Of a stretch of DNA of 64,000 nucleotides, positions 49,600 to 61,682 are shown piece by piece (within the stretch, counting starts at the first letter, position 1; each line of letters starts with the position of its first letter). The DNA comes from Felis catus (taxonomy: Eukaryota): assembly GCF_018350175.1 (NCBI RefSeq), contig NC_058369.1, positions 159,836,001 to 159,900,000 on the forward strand. The letters run 5' to 3'. The notes under the pieces are model-generated. The model made no database searches. It was not told the origin of the DNA and worked only from the letters and a program-made list of their open reading frames with translations. The position numbers were made by a program, and so were the translations under genes.

Positions 49600-50480
49600 T
49601 TTCATCCCCTGCAAACATTTGCCGTGACCGAGAGAAGGGAGCGTCCAATTCCGAGCCCATGGTGCCTGCCTCGGTCAGCGATGCCAAGTCAAACCCGGCT
49701 ATTGTGCAATCTGGATGCGAGTAGGAAGCCAGTGCCAATGTCATGCAGCAGGATAGAAAATCTTCGTGGCTGGGAAGGCTCCCAGGTTCCTGCAGAGAAA
49801 GTTCATTCTGGGCTGGGGATCCCTGTGGCAGCTGGGACGAGATGGGTGCCCAGGAGGAGCATATCCATGAGAGAATCGTCTCCCGAAAACAGCCAAACGA
49901 GAGGCTCGCAGAAGATCTGGACGGGGCTGTCACGGAAGCGATCTCCGTAGATACTGGGTTAGTGCTTGCACTCCTCTCTTTGGACCAGGTGGTACCAAAG
50001 GCACCACACGCTGCGTGGCTGTTTGCTCTCCTGCCGGCTGCCAGAGTCTATAGAAAAGCTGCTGTGTTTGTGGGGGCGTGTGCCCGGGTCTCTGTACCAT
50101 ATGTACAAGCCATGTGTTGGCGCTAGCTCCTAAGAACTCAGCCATTCCAGAGATTACTTCTAGTGCACGAAAAGAGCACACACACAAAAAGGAAAAACAC
50201 CCAAACCCTCCCAATTTCTACATTCTGGCGCAAAAAAAAAATTTGTCGGGGACCGACGGGGACCAGTACGGGAATTTGGCCTCAAGCTCAAAATGCGATT
50301 CCCCGAGTTGAAGTGTGAGAAGGTGCAGTCTGCCATTTAGAGCAGAGATTTCCGTACCAACCTAGACCAGAACTGCGGCCTAACGCAGGTCAACGCCTCC
50401 GATCTGATCTTCTGCCCTCGTTTGTGTGGGTGTATTCGCCTGGTCTGTTAGCGCCTGCGCCCATGGGTCCTCTGGCTGGT
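49600..50480. promoter_or_regulatory. GC/CpG-elevated unique segment; candidate enhancer or promoter
   Basis: ATTGTGCAAT (C/EBP, 49701), TGCCAA twice (NFI half-site), TGTTTGCT (FOXA), GGGGGCGTGT (KLF/SP), CATATG, CATTCCA (TEAD). Confidence 0.35.
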
Positions 50481-50932
50481 AGCTCTTTCTCCCCAAGAGC
50501 TTATGCCTCCTGTGTATATTCCTACAACTTCAGAGTTAGATTGTTAATATGTTTGGATGACGGGAGGGACTTTGAGGAGTCTTACAAAACCTTAAAATAG
50601 CAGAGCTTTCAGAAATAATGCCGAGAAACTCAGTAGCGTATAGGTGTCTCTTGATAACGTCCATCTATAATCAATTAATTAAAAAAAAATGTGTCCGTGG
50701 GGACAGTCCTAAATTAGGCCAGTCCATTAGTAACCAGGTTGCACTTGGGAAGTCGGTAGCTGCTTTGCCTATCTGGTTAGTATTGAATAAGCCCCTCAGG
50801 TTCCTGGGGCCCCCTTGTTGGGGATGGAGAGGGGGAGACACGATGTAGGGTTTAATTCAGAAAAGCATTTAATTGGAAGTTTTGTGTCTGAAACCTGACT
50901 CCCTTGTTTGAGTCAAAACTCTAATACTTTTA

Positions 50933-51137
50933 GGGGCGCCCAGGTGGCTCAGTCAGTTAAGCATCTGACTTCGGCTCAGGTCATGATCTCGCAGTTCACG
51001 AGTTTGAGCCCCAAATCGGGCTCTGTGCTGGCAGCTCAGAGCCTGGAGCCTGCTTCAGATTCTCTCTCTCTCCGCCCCTCCCCTTCTCATGCTTGTCTCT
51101 CTTTCTCTCAAATATAAACATTAAAAAACTTTTTTTA
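50933..51137 (+). mobile_element. SINEC_Fc
   Basis: Full element. Confidence 0.93.
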
Positions 51138-51184
51138 AACCTCTATTATTATGGTTTTAAAGTAGTAGTATTCAACACTTTGGT

Positions 51185-51677
51185 TTTTTGTTTTTTTATG
51201 GTTTTTTTTTGTTTTTTTCGTATCGTTGACACGATGTTACATTAGTTTCAGGCATATAACTTAGTGATTTGACAAGTTTAGACAATGTGCTGTGTTCACA
51301 AGTATAGCTACCATCTGTCCCATTGCATCCCTGTTACAGTATCATTGACTGTATTCCTTATGCTCTGCCTTTTATTCCAGTGACTTATTCATTCTGTCAC
51401 TGGATGCCTGTATCTCCCTCTCCCCTGAGCCCGCTTTGCCCAAGCCTCCAACCCCTTCCCTCTGCAACCAACAGTTTGCTCTCCGTATTTATAGTTCTGA
51501 TTCTGCTTTTTGCTTGTTTTTTTTTTCCATGTGTTTTATTTAGATTCCACTTACGAGTAGAATTATATGGTATTTGTCTTTCCCAGTCCTACTTCACTTC
51601 GCATAATACCCTCGAGGTCCATCCACATCGTCTCAAATGGCACGATCTCATCCCTTTTTGTGGCTGAGTAATATTCA
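51185..51677 (-). mobile_element. L1_Carn-like 3' fragment with T-tail
   Basis: gttacattagtttcaggcatataacttagtgatttgaca...tagattccacttacgagtagaattatatggtatttgtcttt...tggctgagtaatattc. Confidence 0.9.
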
Positions 51678-51797
51678 ACGTCTTTTAAAGTCTGACTTCG
51701 GTCTAATTGTAGGGCCTTATCTGCCGGTCCTCACTGCCACCCGCTTGGGCAATTCACACAGGTTCCCTGATTTTCTCACAGATCAAAGGTCAATGTG

Positions 51798-52033
51798 GGG
51801 GCGCCTGGGTGGCGCAGTCGGTTAAGCGTCCGACTTCAGCCAGGTCGTGATCTCGCGGTCCGTGAGTTCGAGCCCCACGTCAGGCTCTGGGCTGATGGCT
51901 CGGAGCCTGGAGCCTGTTTCTGATTCTGTGTCTCCCTCTCTCTCTGCCCCTCCCCCGTTCATGCTCTGTCTCTCTCTGTCCCAAAAATAAATAAACGTTG
52001 AAAAAAAAAATTAAAAAAAAAACAAAAAAAAAA
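51798..52033 (+). mobile_element. SINEC_Fc, young subfamily
   Basis: Long A-tail; perfect TSD caaaggtcaatgtg(g). Confidence 0.97.
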
Positions 52034-52610
52034 CAAAGGTCAATGTGGTAGGTGCTTGGTAAAAGTTTTAGACTGAACGAAAAATCACAACCAACCAGTG
52101 TCTTTATATTTCCTCTTCTCGGTAGCTCTGCTTATGCTGTTTCTCATTTGTAAAAGCCTTTCCTCTCTTTTTTCTCCTTTTGAAGTTTTGTTTGTTTTAA
52201 CAATCTGTCTTAAGCGTCACTTCCTAAATGAAGTGTTCACAGCTGTTCCAGCCTTTCCTAGATACATAATCACTCCCTATTCTGGGCTTTCATGGAGCTG
52301 TTTCTGGTTTGTACCCCTATTTGTCTATCATACAACTTACTGACTAGTGTTTTACACACACACACACACACGTGCACACACAGATACACACACACACAGT
52401 TATTGGCATACCAACATCCTTGAGTAAACACATTAACCTTGCTTTTTGTTTTGTTTTCATCTCAGCCACTGAAAAATCACCTGAATTCTAGAAGCTGTTT
52501 TGTAAACAATTGACATGAAAAGTGAGTTCCTCTTACAGCATTAATTAGCTGTTAAGAAAATTTTATGCCCCCTTTTTAGTAGCCACTGGTTATTCACAGA
52601 TACATAAAAA

Positions 52611-52790
52611 ATTGTTAATGTTATTTTTTGAGACAGAGAGAGAGAGAGAGAGCGTGAGCAGGGCAGGGGTAGAGAGAGAGGGAGACACAGAATCCGAAGC
52701 AGGCTCCAGGCTCTGAGCTGTCAGCACAGAGCCCGACGTGGGGCTCGAACCCACGAACCACGAGATCGTGACCTCAGCCGAGGTCAGACG
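52611..52790 (-). mobile_element. 5'-truncated SINEC_Fc (A box lost)
   Basis: Ends at gaggtcagacg; TSD cacagatacataaaaa / cgcggatacttaaaaa. Confidence 0.88.
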
Positions 52791-52891
52791 CGCGGATACT
52801 TAAAAATAAATGACGAATCCTCTGCAATTTTGCATTTTCACATTTGATCCACTGGTTCTAGTAAATGAGAGAATATGTTGCACTTGAAAGG

Positions 52892-53228
52892 CCAGGGTAT
52901 TCTGGTAAATGTTTAACAACCAGGTCCTTCCCCCTGAACTTAAAAGCGCCAATTTTGTAGTGTTCGCTGATTTCTGTGGTGTGACCACTCCCACCATGGC
53001 AGTTCCTAATTACCGATGTGGCTTTACTGATCCTGGAGTTGAGAAGAGATGTTCAGTGACACATCATATAGCTTCTCCACATAGAGATACAGTAGATGAA
53101 GTACCCGGACGCACAAGCATAATAGCTCTGTGTCTTGTCTCATGATGGATACATCTAACTGGCTTGTGGTTCCTGGAAATTTAGCTGTCAGCTCTCAATC
53201 ACTGATAAGAGTTGGCTCCAGCCCACTT
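52892..53228 (+). mobile_element. Arthur1-like hAT-Tip100 DNA transposon
   Basis: ctggtaaatgtttaacaacc...gctgatttctgtggtgtgaccactcccaccatggc...gagttggctccagcccac. Confidence 0.7.
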
Positions 53229-53576
53229 CTAAGAGTCACCCTAAGAATGTAACAAAAATACTAATTTCTTTATCAATAAGGTTTTTTTAATTAATTGATT
53301 ATCGATCAGTGTTATCAAGAAGCATGCTATATGACATTTTATTTTATTGGTATTATTCCTAAACACTCTGCTATTTGAAAATGTTCTAAGAATTATCACA
53401 GTCTCTCGAGGCAACTGTCCAAACCTATTACTAATCTAGTTATCAACTCGTTTATACAAAGAAGCCACATTGGGATAAAAATATGTAATAGTGTTAATAT
53501 GTGGAATTATGATGAACAAGAATAGTATTATTCTTTAAGAGAAAGATTAAACTTTCAGAAAGATTTGGGTAAATGA

Positions 53577-53796
53577 GGGGTGCCTGGGTGGCTCAGTCGG
53601 TTAAGCATCTGGCTTCGTCTCAGGTCATGATCTCGCAGTTCGTGAGCTCAAGCCCTGCGTCAGGCTCTTTGCTGACACCTCAGAGCCTGGAGCCTGCTTC
53701 CAATTCTGTGTCTCCCTCTCTGTCTACCCCTCCCCTGCTCGCACTCTGTCTGTCTCTCTCTCAAAAATAAATAAAAATTTAAGAAAATAAAAAAAA
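53577..53796 (+). mobile_element. SINEC_Fc
   Basis: TSD ttgggtaaat. Confidence 0.94.
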
Positions 53797-54049
53797 TTGG
53801 GTAAATTAATTTCATATCCCCAATGGCCATTAATCCACAGACCAAAATGATGGTACTTTATATATTTAAGTATCTTATGCAATTGCTCGTAGCCTTTGAG
53901 CACTTCTGCAAACAGTAGGTAGAAATGTACTCACCAAGCTACAAAACTACCTGTATTCAGGACGCCCGCCAGGCATTCACTAAACTACCACCTACTCTCA
54001 TAACATCAAATACATGCAAAACAGTTGTTTACTTAACGTCCTCTTTCTA

Positions 54050-54378
54050 TGAAGAGCGTGGGTGTGCATTACACAGGTGACTTATACATGAATTTTTTTC
54101 CCATAAATACAGTATCGTACTATAAATGTATTTTCCCTTCCTTATGATTTTCTTAAGAATATTTTATTTTCTCTAGTTTACCATATTAAGCATATAGTAT
54201 ATAATCCATATAACATACAAAGCATGCGGTAACTGACTGCTTATGTTACTGGTATGGCTTCCAGTCGACAGTAGGCTATGCGAAAAGTTACACATGGATT
54301 TTTGACCGTGCAGGGTGGGGAAAGGGGGGAGGGAGGAAATCAGTGCCTCTGCCCCTTGTGTTGTTCAAGGGTCAACTG
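54050..54378 (+). mobile_element. Tigger2a(_Car)-like TcMar DNA transposon
   Basis: aaatgtattttcccttccttatgattttcttaa...cagtaggctat...gttgttcaagggtcaactg followed by TA (intact right TIR). Confidence 0.9.
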
Positions 54379-55191
54379 TATATTTACCATTCCTTTCATG
54401 CCGCTTGATAAAATGTTTTATTAATATACACATACAAAAGTTTGTTTCTGGACTTACCTCTGGCTACAATCTGGTTCAACAACTCTTCTTCGGGTATTGT
54501 TGATCTTCACTGCTCTACAGGATATTGATTTATGTCGTGCTTGAACTTGTTCAGGTGTGATTGGTAGTTGCTGAAGCCTTTGTACAAAGCAAATTTACTA
54601 TCACAGATACATTTTTGAAAAACCAGTTCATTGGCATTGCAGCACTGAGAGTTTGCATTGGATTATCTAAAATTTATGGCAGTTGTGGGTAAATCAAGTA
54701 GCAGTCGGGCAACTCTTCAACTCCTTGAGATCACATACCAATGTAGTACCGTGTACCAGAGCAGTCTATAGAATCATGATGGTATTAATTCTGCTGGATA
54801 TTCACGTACTCGGTCTGTATCCATGCATATTTTAGGTAATTATAAGTAGAATGTAACCGTATCCTGTAGAATCTTAGACATTGCAGTGACATATAAATGG
54901 ATGGATGCTAAGAGCAGCCACCTGCTTTACGACAAGTTAAATTGGGGTGAAGTGCTACAAGGGCACACAGGAGCACAATGCCTGGCTGTGCAGCAGGCTG
55001 TGTAATAATGAGAGGAAACAGCAACAGGCAGAAAAGCAAATAATCAGCAATCAGAAGCATCATGATTAAAAAAAGAGTATGTAGACGCTGAGATGATGAG
55101 GCTAAGCTATAAACACCATCACTTTTTATAAATGTGGCTTTCGTTCTAACCCAAAAAGAGCTCTTTCAAACAATTTTTGGCCACATTCAAT

Positions 55192-55194
<3 letters not shown>

Positions 55195-55239
<45 letters not shown>
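55195..55239. repeat. (GA)n microsatellite
   Basis: Seen directly. Confidence 0.98.
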
Positions 55240-55242
<3 letters not shown>

Positions 55243-55289
55243 GGATGAGGGGCTAATATGAGCCATAATGGTCCTATTCATCACTATAA

Positions 55290-55530
55290 AGTAGTGGGTT
55301 AGGGGCTAGTCATAGTCAGGGTGGATCTGAATATGAGCTGTATCGTTTACCTGCTTGTGTGACCTTGGGTGAGTGACTTAACCTCTTTATGTCTCTATTT
55401 CCTCATCTGTAATATGCTTATTAAAATGGTATATCTCATAACGGTGTCACAAGGATTAAATGAAACAATGCAAAGGAAACCCTTGGCACTCTGCCCATCA
55501 TGATGAAATGTTCCAAAAAGCCAACTATTA
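55290..55530 (+). mobile_element. MIR
   Basis: tgtgtgaccttgggtgagtgacttaacctctttatgtctctatttcctcatctgtaa is the MIR core. Confidence 0.85.
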
Positions 55531-56559
55531 TTCTCAACCCGACTCAACCCAATCTAGTGAATAGATTGGCAAGCAGCAGTCAGTAAAGGTTGGGGTTGAA
55601 TGCATTCACGCTAACCATCAAAGACTTTTTCAAACATGACCATGAAACAAGACCTACCTTCCTTTGCAGAGAGTTGAAAACAATGTTACCGTAGCAGAAA
55701 AGTGCTTTATTCTCATTAAGGAACTCTCAAAACATTCTGGATGGAACCTCACAAAAGGCGTGGTATTGGAAGTAAATCATAATCCTAGAATCATAGATTT
55801 GGATAAGATTTTAAGGATTATTTACTGTCTCCTATTATAAAGGAATGTCTGTTGCACTATTCATGAGCATGTAGCCTGTGATTGCATATCCCCTGAAAAT
55901 GATCTCAATGTTAGCTTTCGAAATGAAATAAATGGATGATAGTACATAATGACCATTTAAAAAAAAAACTGAGTACATTTCGCAGAACCATGAGGCTTAA
56001 TTATACATCTTAATTATTTTGTTATATATATTTTACAATTCAATTTTTACTTTTTCTTGGTGCTTTTATGGATACCCATGCGCTGTTCCATTAACCCTTT
56101 GTCTTTGCACTTTATACTTCATATTCTAACTCACAAATAATTGGAAGACATTATTTTACAATTAAAAACTAAACCTAACTATTTTTGACTCTGAAAATGA
56201 CATTTCTAGGAACATTGCTTTTTAATTGGGATATAAATAAAGTTTTAAAATATATCTACTTATGGATAAGTGTTGAGGAAACATGCTATTATGGTAATTT
56301 CACATTGCTATTATTATTTATTAGTCACGGTTGAATAAAATAATAAATAGTGTAGCAGTAATTATGAAATATTATTCACTTACAAAATTGCAAAAATCAT
56401 AGCCAGGGGAAAAATCCCCTCTACTCCTGTGAATCTTTGGGCTCTGATTTCTGGAAGACACTGCAGCCATCGAAAGTCGTGATTGTTTGCCGTCCCTCAC
56501 TCACACACTGCTGGCCTTGGGTGTGTCCCCTCCTTGCCACACTCACCTGGATAAACCTC

Positions 56560-58555
56560 TACTCAGATTGAATTCAATCTCTGCCCAATCTTGTCCTTCA
56601 CGCAGGCAACTAAGCCGGACTCGAGAGAAATAGACACCTTTGATGACTAGTCTCCTTGTGTTTCATGGCCATTAATTTTAAATGGGCCCTTAGCGCCAGG
56701 TCCCATCCTGCTCACCTCCTCAAAACATCAATACAGCAATTGCCTCTTCTCTCTCCTAGTTCTCCAATTATGCCTTTCTCCTCTATCATTTCCACAGCCA
56801 TACTAGCATGCTATCATTTCTCCTTTCAAATACACCAGAAGAAGAAAAACAGCGCCCCATTGACTTGACAGAAAACTTGAGTTTGAGTTCCTGCCTTTTT
56901 CTCTGCTCCTCTTTAGGGCAGCACTCCTGGAGAGTTATTTATACTGTCTATCTGACTCTCCTCCAATTATTTTTGGACATCACCACTTTAGCTGTTGCCC
57001 CCACCAGTCTATCCAAATAGATCTTATCAAGACTGTGACACAATCAGCCAATGATTTTCATGTCACTAAACCCAATCATCAATTCACATTGTTCTTGTAT
57101 TGATCTATCAGCGATATTTGACACATTTGCTACTCTCTTTCCTAGAAAACTTTCACATGGCTTCTGGAACCCCTGGCCTGTCCAGTTCTTCATCCCCTTC
57201 CTCATCCGTGTCTTCTGTCTTCACAGTGAAGGCACAGATAACTTCTCTGTCTCCAAATACTGGAGTGCCCCAGAATTCCATCCTCAGACTCTCCCCTATC
57301 TGGATCCTTCTATGGAAGGTCTCATTCAGGATCATGGCTATCAATACTGTCATTACTCTGAGGACAAAATATATACCTTTACCAAGAACTCTTTCCTGAG
57401 CTCCACAGTTTCTAATGCAAGTGGCATCGTCTCCATTTCGTGATTATAATTCTCAAAAGGAATGTGCTACAAAGAGAAATTCTTCCAATCCCCCCAAATC
57501 TTCCTTAGCAGTTCCCTAATGCAGTTATTGACAACTCCAATCTTCTAGCTTTGATCTCAAACCTTAGAAGCCTCCTTGGCTCCTTACTTCCTCTAACGCG
57601 TCACATATCACCATCAGCGAATCCCATTATCTCTCCCTTCAAATGTCCGGAATCGAATTACTTAATACCAGTCCGACACTACCACGTTGGCTGACTCTCA
57701 TCATCTTCCATGCAAATTATTGCAACAACTTGCTAACTTTCCTCTCTGTTTCCATCCTTGCTCCCCTCTGATAATCTGTGCTCAATGTATTAGCTAGAAT
57801 GATCTTTCAATAATACATCCTATTAATAAGTCATATGCATTTACTCAAAATCCTACGGTTGTTTAGTGGCTCATTCAGAATAAAAGCCATAGGTCTTAGG
57901 ATGGCTGCCGGTGTTCCCAAATGGTCTGGCTCCCTATTTTCTCTTTGATCTCATTGTCCACCGTTCTCCCTGTTGATAGGCATGTTCTACCTCAGACTTG
58001 TTCTTTCTTCTGCTTTGAACCATCCGTCTACCTTCCTGCTTCTCTCTTTTCTAATCTCCTCAAATATTCCCTCAATTCAGGCCATTTCCATGGTCATCCT
58101 TTTGCCACTCCACGATCCTTCTCCCTCTTACATTGTTTTAATGTTTTCTATAGCTCTCACAACACTGGCTTATTATCAACTTATTGATTGTTCTCTGAGC
58201 CCTCCCACACAAAATTTAGATTGAAATAGCGAGATACAGGGGCTCTGGGTGGCTCAGTCCATGAAGCGTCCGACTTCGGCTCAGGTCATGAGCTCACGGT
58301 TCATGGGTTCGAGCCCTGCGTTGGGCTCTGTGCTGACAGCTCGGAGCCTGGAGCCTGCTTCAGATTCTGTGTCTCCCTCTTTTCTCTGACCCTCCCCTGC
58401 TCATGCTCTGTCTCTCTCTGTCTCAAAAGTAAATATTAAAAAAAATTTAATTATGAAATAGCTAGAAACTAGTTTTATTTACCGCCAAATTACTAGTGTT
58501 ACAATAATGCCTAGAATCTAATAGACACTAAATAATTTTGTGAATAAATTAATCG
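56560..58555 (+). mobile_element. ~2-kb L2 relic (ORF2 RT region to 3' end), interrupted by a SINE
   Basis: Frameshifted RT motifs DLSAIFDT (cf. DLSAAFDT), GVPQNSIL (cf. GVPQGSVL), HGYQYCHYSED (cf. HGFxYHxYADD); L2 3' end near 58545. Confidence 0.85.
58239..58454 (+). mobile_element. SINEC_Fc inserted in the L2
   Basis: TSD tgaaatagc(g/t)aga(t/a)ac. Confidence 0.94.
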
Positions 58556-60877
58556 AACAATTATTTACTGCTATGGTGTTCTGTACTGTTGATGATGTTC
58601 TATAAAACCATGTGTAAAATGATGATTTATATTTTCGTATTAATTTCCATTATGCTTTCAGAAACATGTTTCCCCTGGGGACTAAAATGACCTTAAACAC
58701 ACTTAAGGGGTCTAACGTTTATCTTTAAGAGCATTTTCTCTTTGTAAGCCTGCATCCCAGACACGTTTATTTCTCCCACACAACTTCCATTAAAGTGGTA
58801 TTTAAATGTCCAAGTGATTCTCAACTATACATTAGCATCACTCCATATAGTCCATTTTGAGGTGGAAGGAAATGCTTGCTAATTCTAGGGCACCCGTGAT
58901 TACCTGGCCGTGTTCAGTAACAGAAATGTGGGCATTTTCTTTTTATTAGAACTCACATACTATAAATATGTGATTTGCATTTTGACAAAATTGTATTGCC
59001 ACTTAAAAGTATGTTTAATCTTAACTCTTGTTCTCCTTAGTTATATAACCGATTGACTTCACAAAGCACGACTTTTATTTCCAAGTGTTTTTTTTTTGTT
59101 TTGTTTTGTTTTCTTCTTGTTGCACATGCGGTCGGGATATTAAAAGATGATGACAAAAGTTACCAGCCCTAAAATACTTGTTTATAAGTATCTTGTTCAT
59201 ATTTGCATTTAGATGTATGTATATGTATGCCTTCTGTATTTAGTACCTTTTCCACACTTCTATTGTTGTATTGCTACATTGTATCACGACTGTATATCTT
59301 TACCACATACAGTGAGCCCCAAAAGAAAACATGATGCACATTTCCTCATTAATTTCTGCATTTTCAAAACCTAGCTTGGTAGTTGACATGTAGTATCTGG
59401 TCAGCAAATGTTGGGTTGATCTTTAGGGCTATATATTGTACTAAGCCAGCCTTTTGCACACGGTTCATAGGGGTACACTGATTCTTCAACATCTGAATAG
59501 TGTTCTAGGATTTTGTATTTATTTATTATTTTTTGGTAGGATTTCACATTTAGAACAATTTGAATATTGAACCCTTTCATGGGATGCTGTAATGCTGATG
59601 AGCATAATTCAACTCTCTAAGAAAGTAAAATTTACCTGCCCGTATTATTTAACCGCTGTTTAAGATATAAATGAATTTTCTCATTGTTTCTCATCTCTCC
59701 CCCCTGATTTCCCAGATACCCCAATGTTAGACACAGGTTGCATTTATATGAACGCAGAGTGACACTTGTATTCTTTGTCCAGTCCTGGCTGAGAATGACA
59801 TGGGTCCTCTTTAAATGCCACTTGCAGCTCAGGAAGTAGGTGCAACTCTTTTCTGAGACCTTGTAATGTCACACAACAGATAAGTCATGTATATGAAAAG
59901 AATACATTTTGGCTTAAACATATAAAGCATTTCTGTGACTTCTGTGCCAACAGTTACAGTGGTTATTCCGTCACCTACGCGTTTAAGGAGAATTGGAAAA
60001 TACAACGATCCTTAAAATTCTACTGCTAATAATAATCTGAGAAAAAAATGTAATTGTTTACCACTCTTCATCTGCAATTAATCTTACGGTCACAAATAGG
60101 AAGGCTCAGTATAAAGATGCCAACTCTTATATGAATCCATACTTGAATTCATCTGAAATAAAAAGTAAATCAATAGGGATTTTGAGGAAGACACTTGTTT
60201 GAGGGTTTAAATGGGAAAGTAAGTCTGCAAGAATAATTAGCAGATTTCTGTTCAAGAGAGCAGTGAAGGGTGGCTAGCTCTGTAAGCTATAAAAACAGAG
60301 GATAAAGGCAGTGAATAAAACGGCAGGATACTGGTACAAAGAAACAAAATGGAAATATACCCAAATACTTACGGAAAAGTACCTGTACACATAGGAAATC
60401 GTGTGAATGCCAGTAGAAAATCCGGAAAATTCTGTTGCCTCCATATGTATCTCATCCCTTACACGGACAAAATTCCAAGGTTGAAGGATTAAATGGGCTA
60501 GCATTGTAGCCAGTGGAGTGGTGACTATAATTTTAAAGGTAGAGCCAAGACGGAAAAAAAAAAAAGCCAAGATAGATATGCAAACCATTCAAACCAAAAC
60601 TCAGCAGAAACGTGGAGGTGAAGACAAATGTTTTATTTGGGGAGGATGGAGAGAATGGCATCAAAACTGTTCAGAGTTGAGAGGAAATAATGAATTTGAA
60701 GTAATAGGCACGGCCTATGTCAGATGCACAACATGGAAATTGTATTTGAGGCAAAAAATGTTTATATTAATTTGCACAGTGGAATCTAAGATTATATGTG
60801 GTTATGGAGGCAAAAGAGCTAAGATCCAAAGGATGAGTCTTTGGCTGTCTCCCTGGAAAGATGTTAAAGAAGGAAGA

Positions 60878-60999
60878 AACCATATGATATTTGTCTGTCT
60901 CTGACTGACTTATTTCACTTAGCGTAATACACTCTATTTCCATCCATGTTGTTGCAAATGGCAAGATTTCGTTCTTTTTGATTGCCAAGTAATATTCCA

Positions 61000-61050
<51 letters not shown>

Positions 61051-61219
61051 ACATCTTTATCCATTCACCAGTCGATGGACATTTGGGCTCTTTCCATACT
61101 TTGGCTATTGTCGATAGCGCTGCTATAAACATGGGGGTGCATGTGCCCTTTTGAATCCGCATTTTTGTATTCTTTGGATAAATACCTAGCGGTGCAATTG
61201 CTGGGTCAGAGGGTAGTTC
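60878..61219 (-). mobile_element. Inverted segment of a carnivore L1 (ORF2 C-terminus) with internal (CA)n
   Basis: Translates as ELPSDPAIAPLGIYPK...CTPMFIAALSTIAKVWKEPKCPS...MEYYLAIKKNEILPFATTWME, the L1 ORF2p C-terminus. Confidence 0.93.
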
Positions 61220-61350
61220 NNNNNNNNNNNNNNNNNNNNNNNNNNNNNNNNNNNNNNNNNNNNNNNNNNNNNNNNNNNNNNNNNNNNNNNNNNNNNNNNN
61301 NNNNNNNNNNNNNNNNNNNNNNNNNNNNNNNNNNNNNNNNNNNNNNNNNN

Positions 61351-61682
61351 GAAATAAGTCAGTCAGAGAAAGACAGATAGCATATGATTTCACTTATATG
61401 TGGAATTTAAGAAACACAATAGATGAACAGAGGGGAAGGGAAGGGAAAATAAGATTAAAACAGAGGGAGGCAAACCATAAGAGACTCTTAAGTACAGAGA
61501 ACAAACTGAGGGTTGCTGGGGGGGAGGCGGGTGGGGGATGGTCTACATGGGTGATGGGCATTAAGGAGGGCACTGGTTGGGACGAGCACTGAATGTTGTA
61601 TGTAAGTGATGAAACACTGGGTTCTACTCCTGAAACCCATACTACACTGTATGTTAACAAACTTGAATTTAAATTTTGAAAA
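61351..61682 (+). mobile_element. Sense 3' segment of a carnivore L1 (ORF2 end and 3' UTR)
   Basis: gaaataagtcagtcagagaaagac...gagaacaaactgagggttgctgg...ctcctgaaacc...tatgttaacaaacttgaatttaaa. Confidence 0.93.

Noticed and set aside
1975-53845. Many 60-130 aa ORFs of the MAQSVK..AQVMISQF..SLEPASDSVSPSLS and ERERERGR types
   Set aside because: These are translations of Can-SINEs and microsatellites, not genes.
54313-54333. G-quadruplex motif GGGTGGGGAAAGGGGGGAGGG
   Set aside because: An expansion of the G-run inside a Tigger2a fossil, with no functional context.
54458-54740. Perfect minus-strand donor GAG|gtaagt with a protein-like upstream translation
   Set aside because: Weak acceptor and stops in two frames; adjacent sequence resembles a decayed old L1 body.
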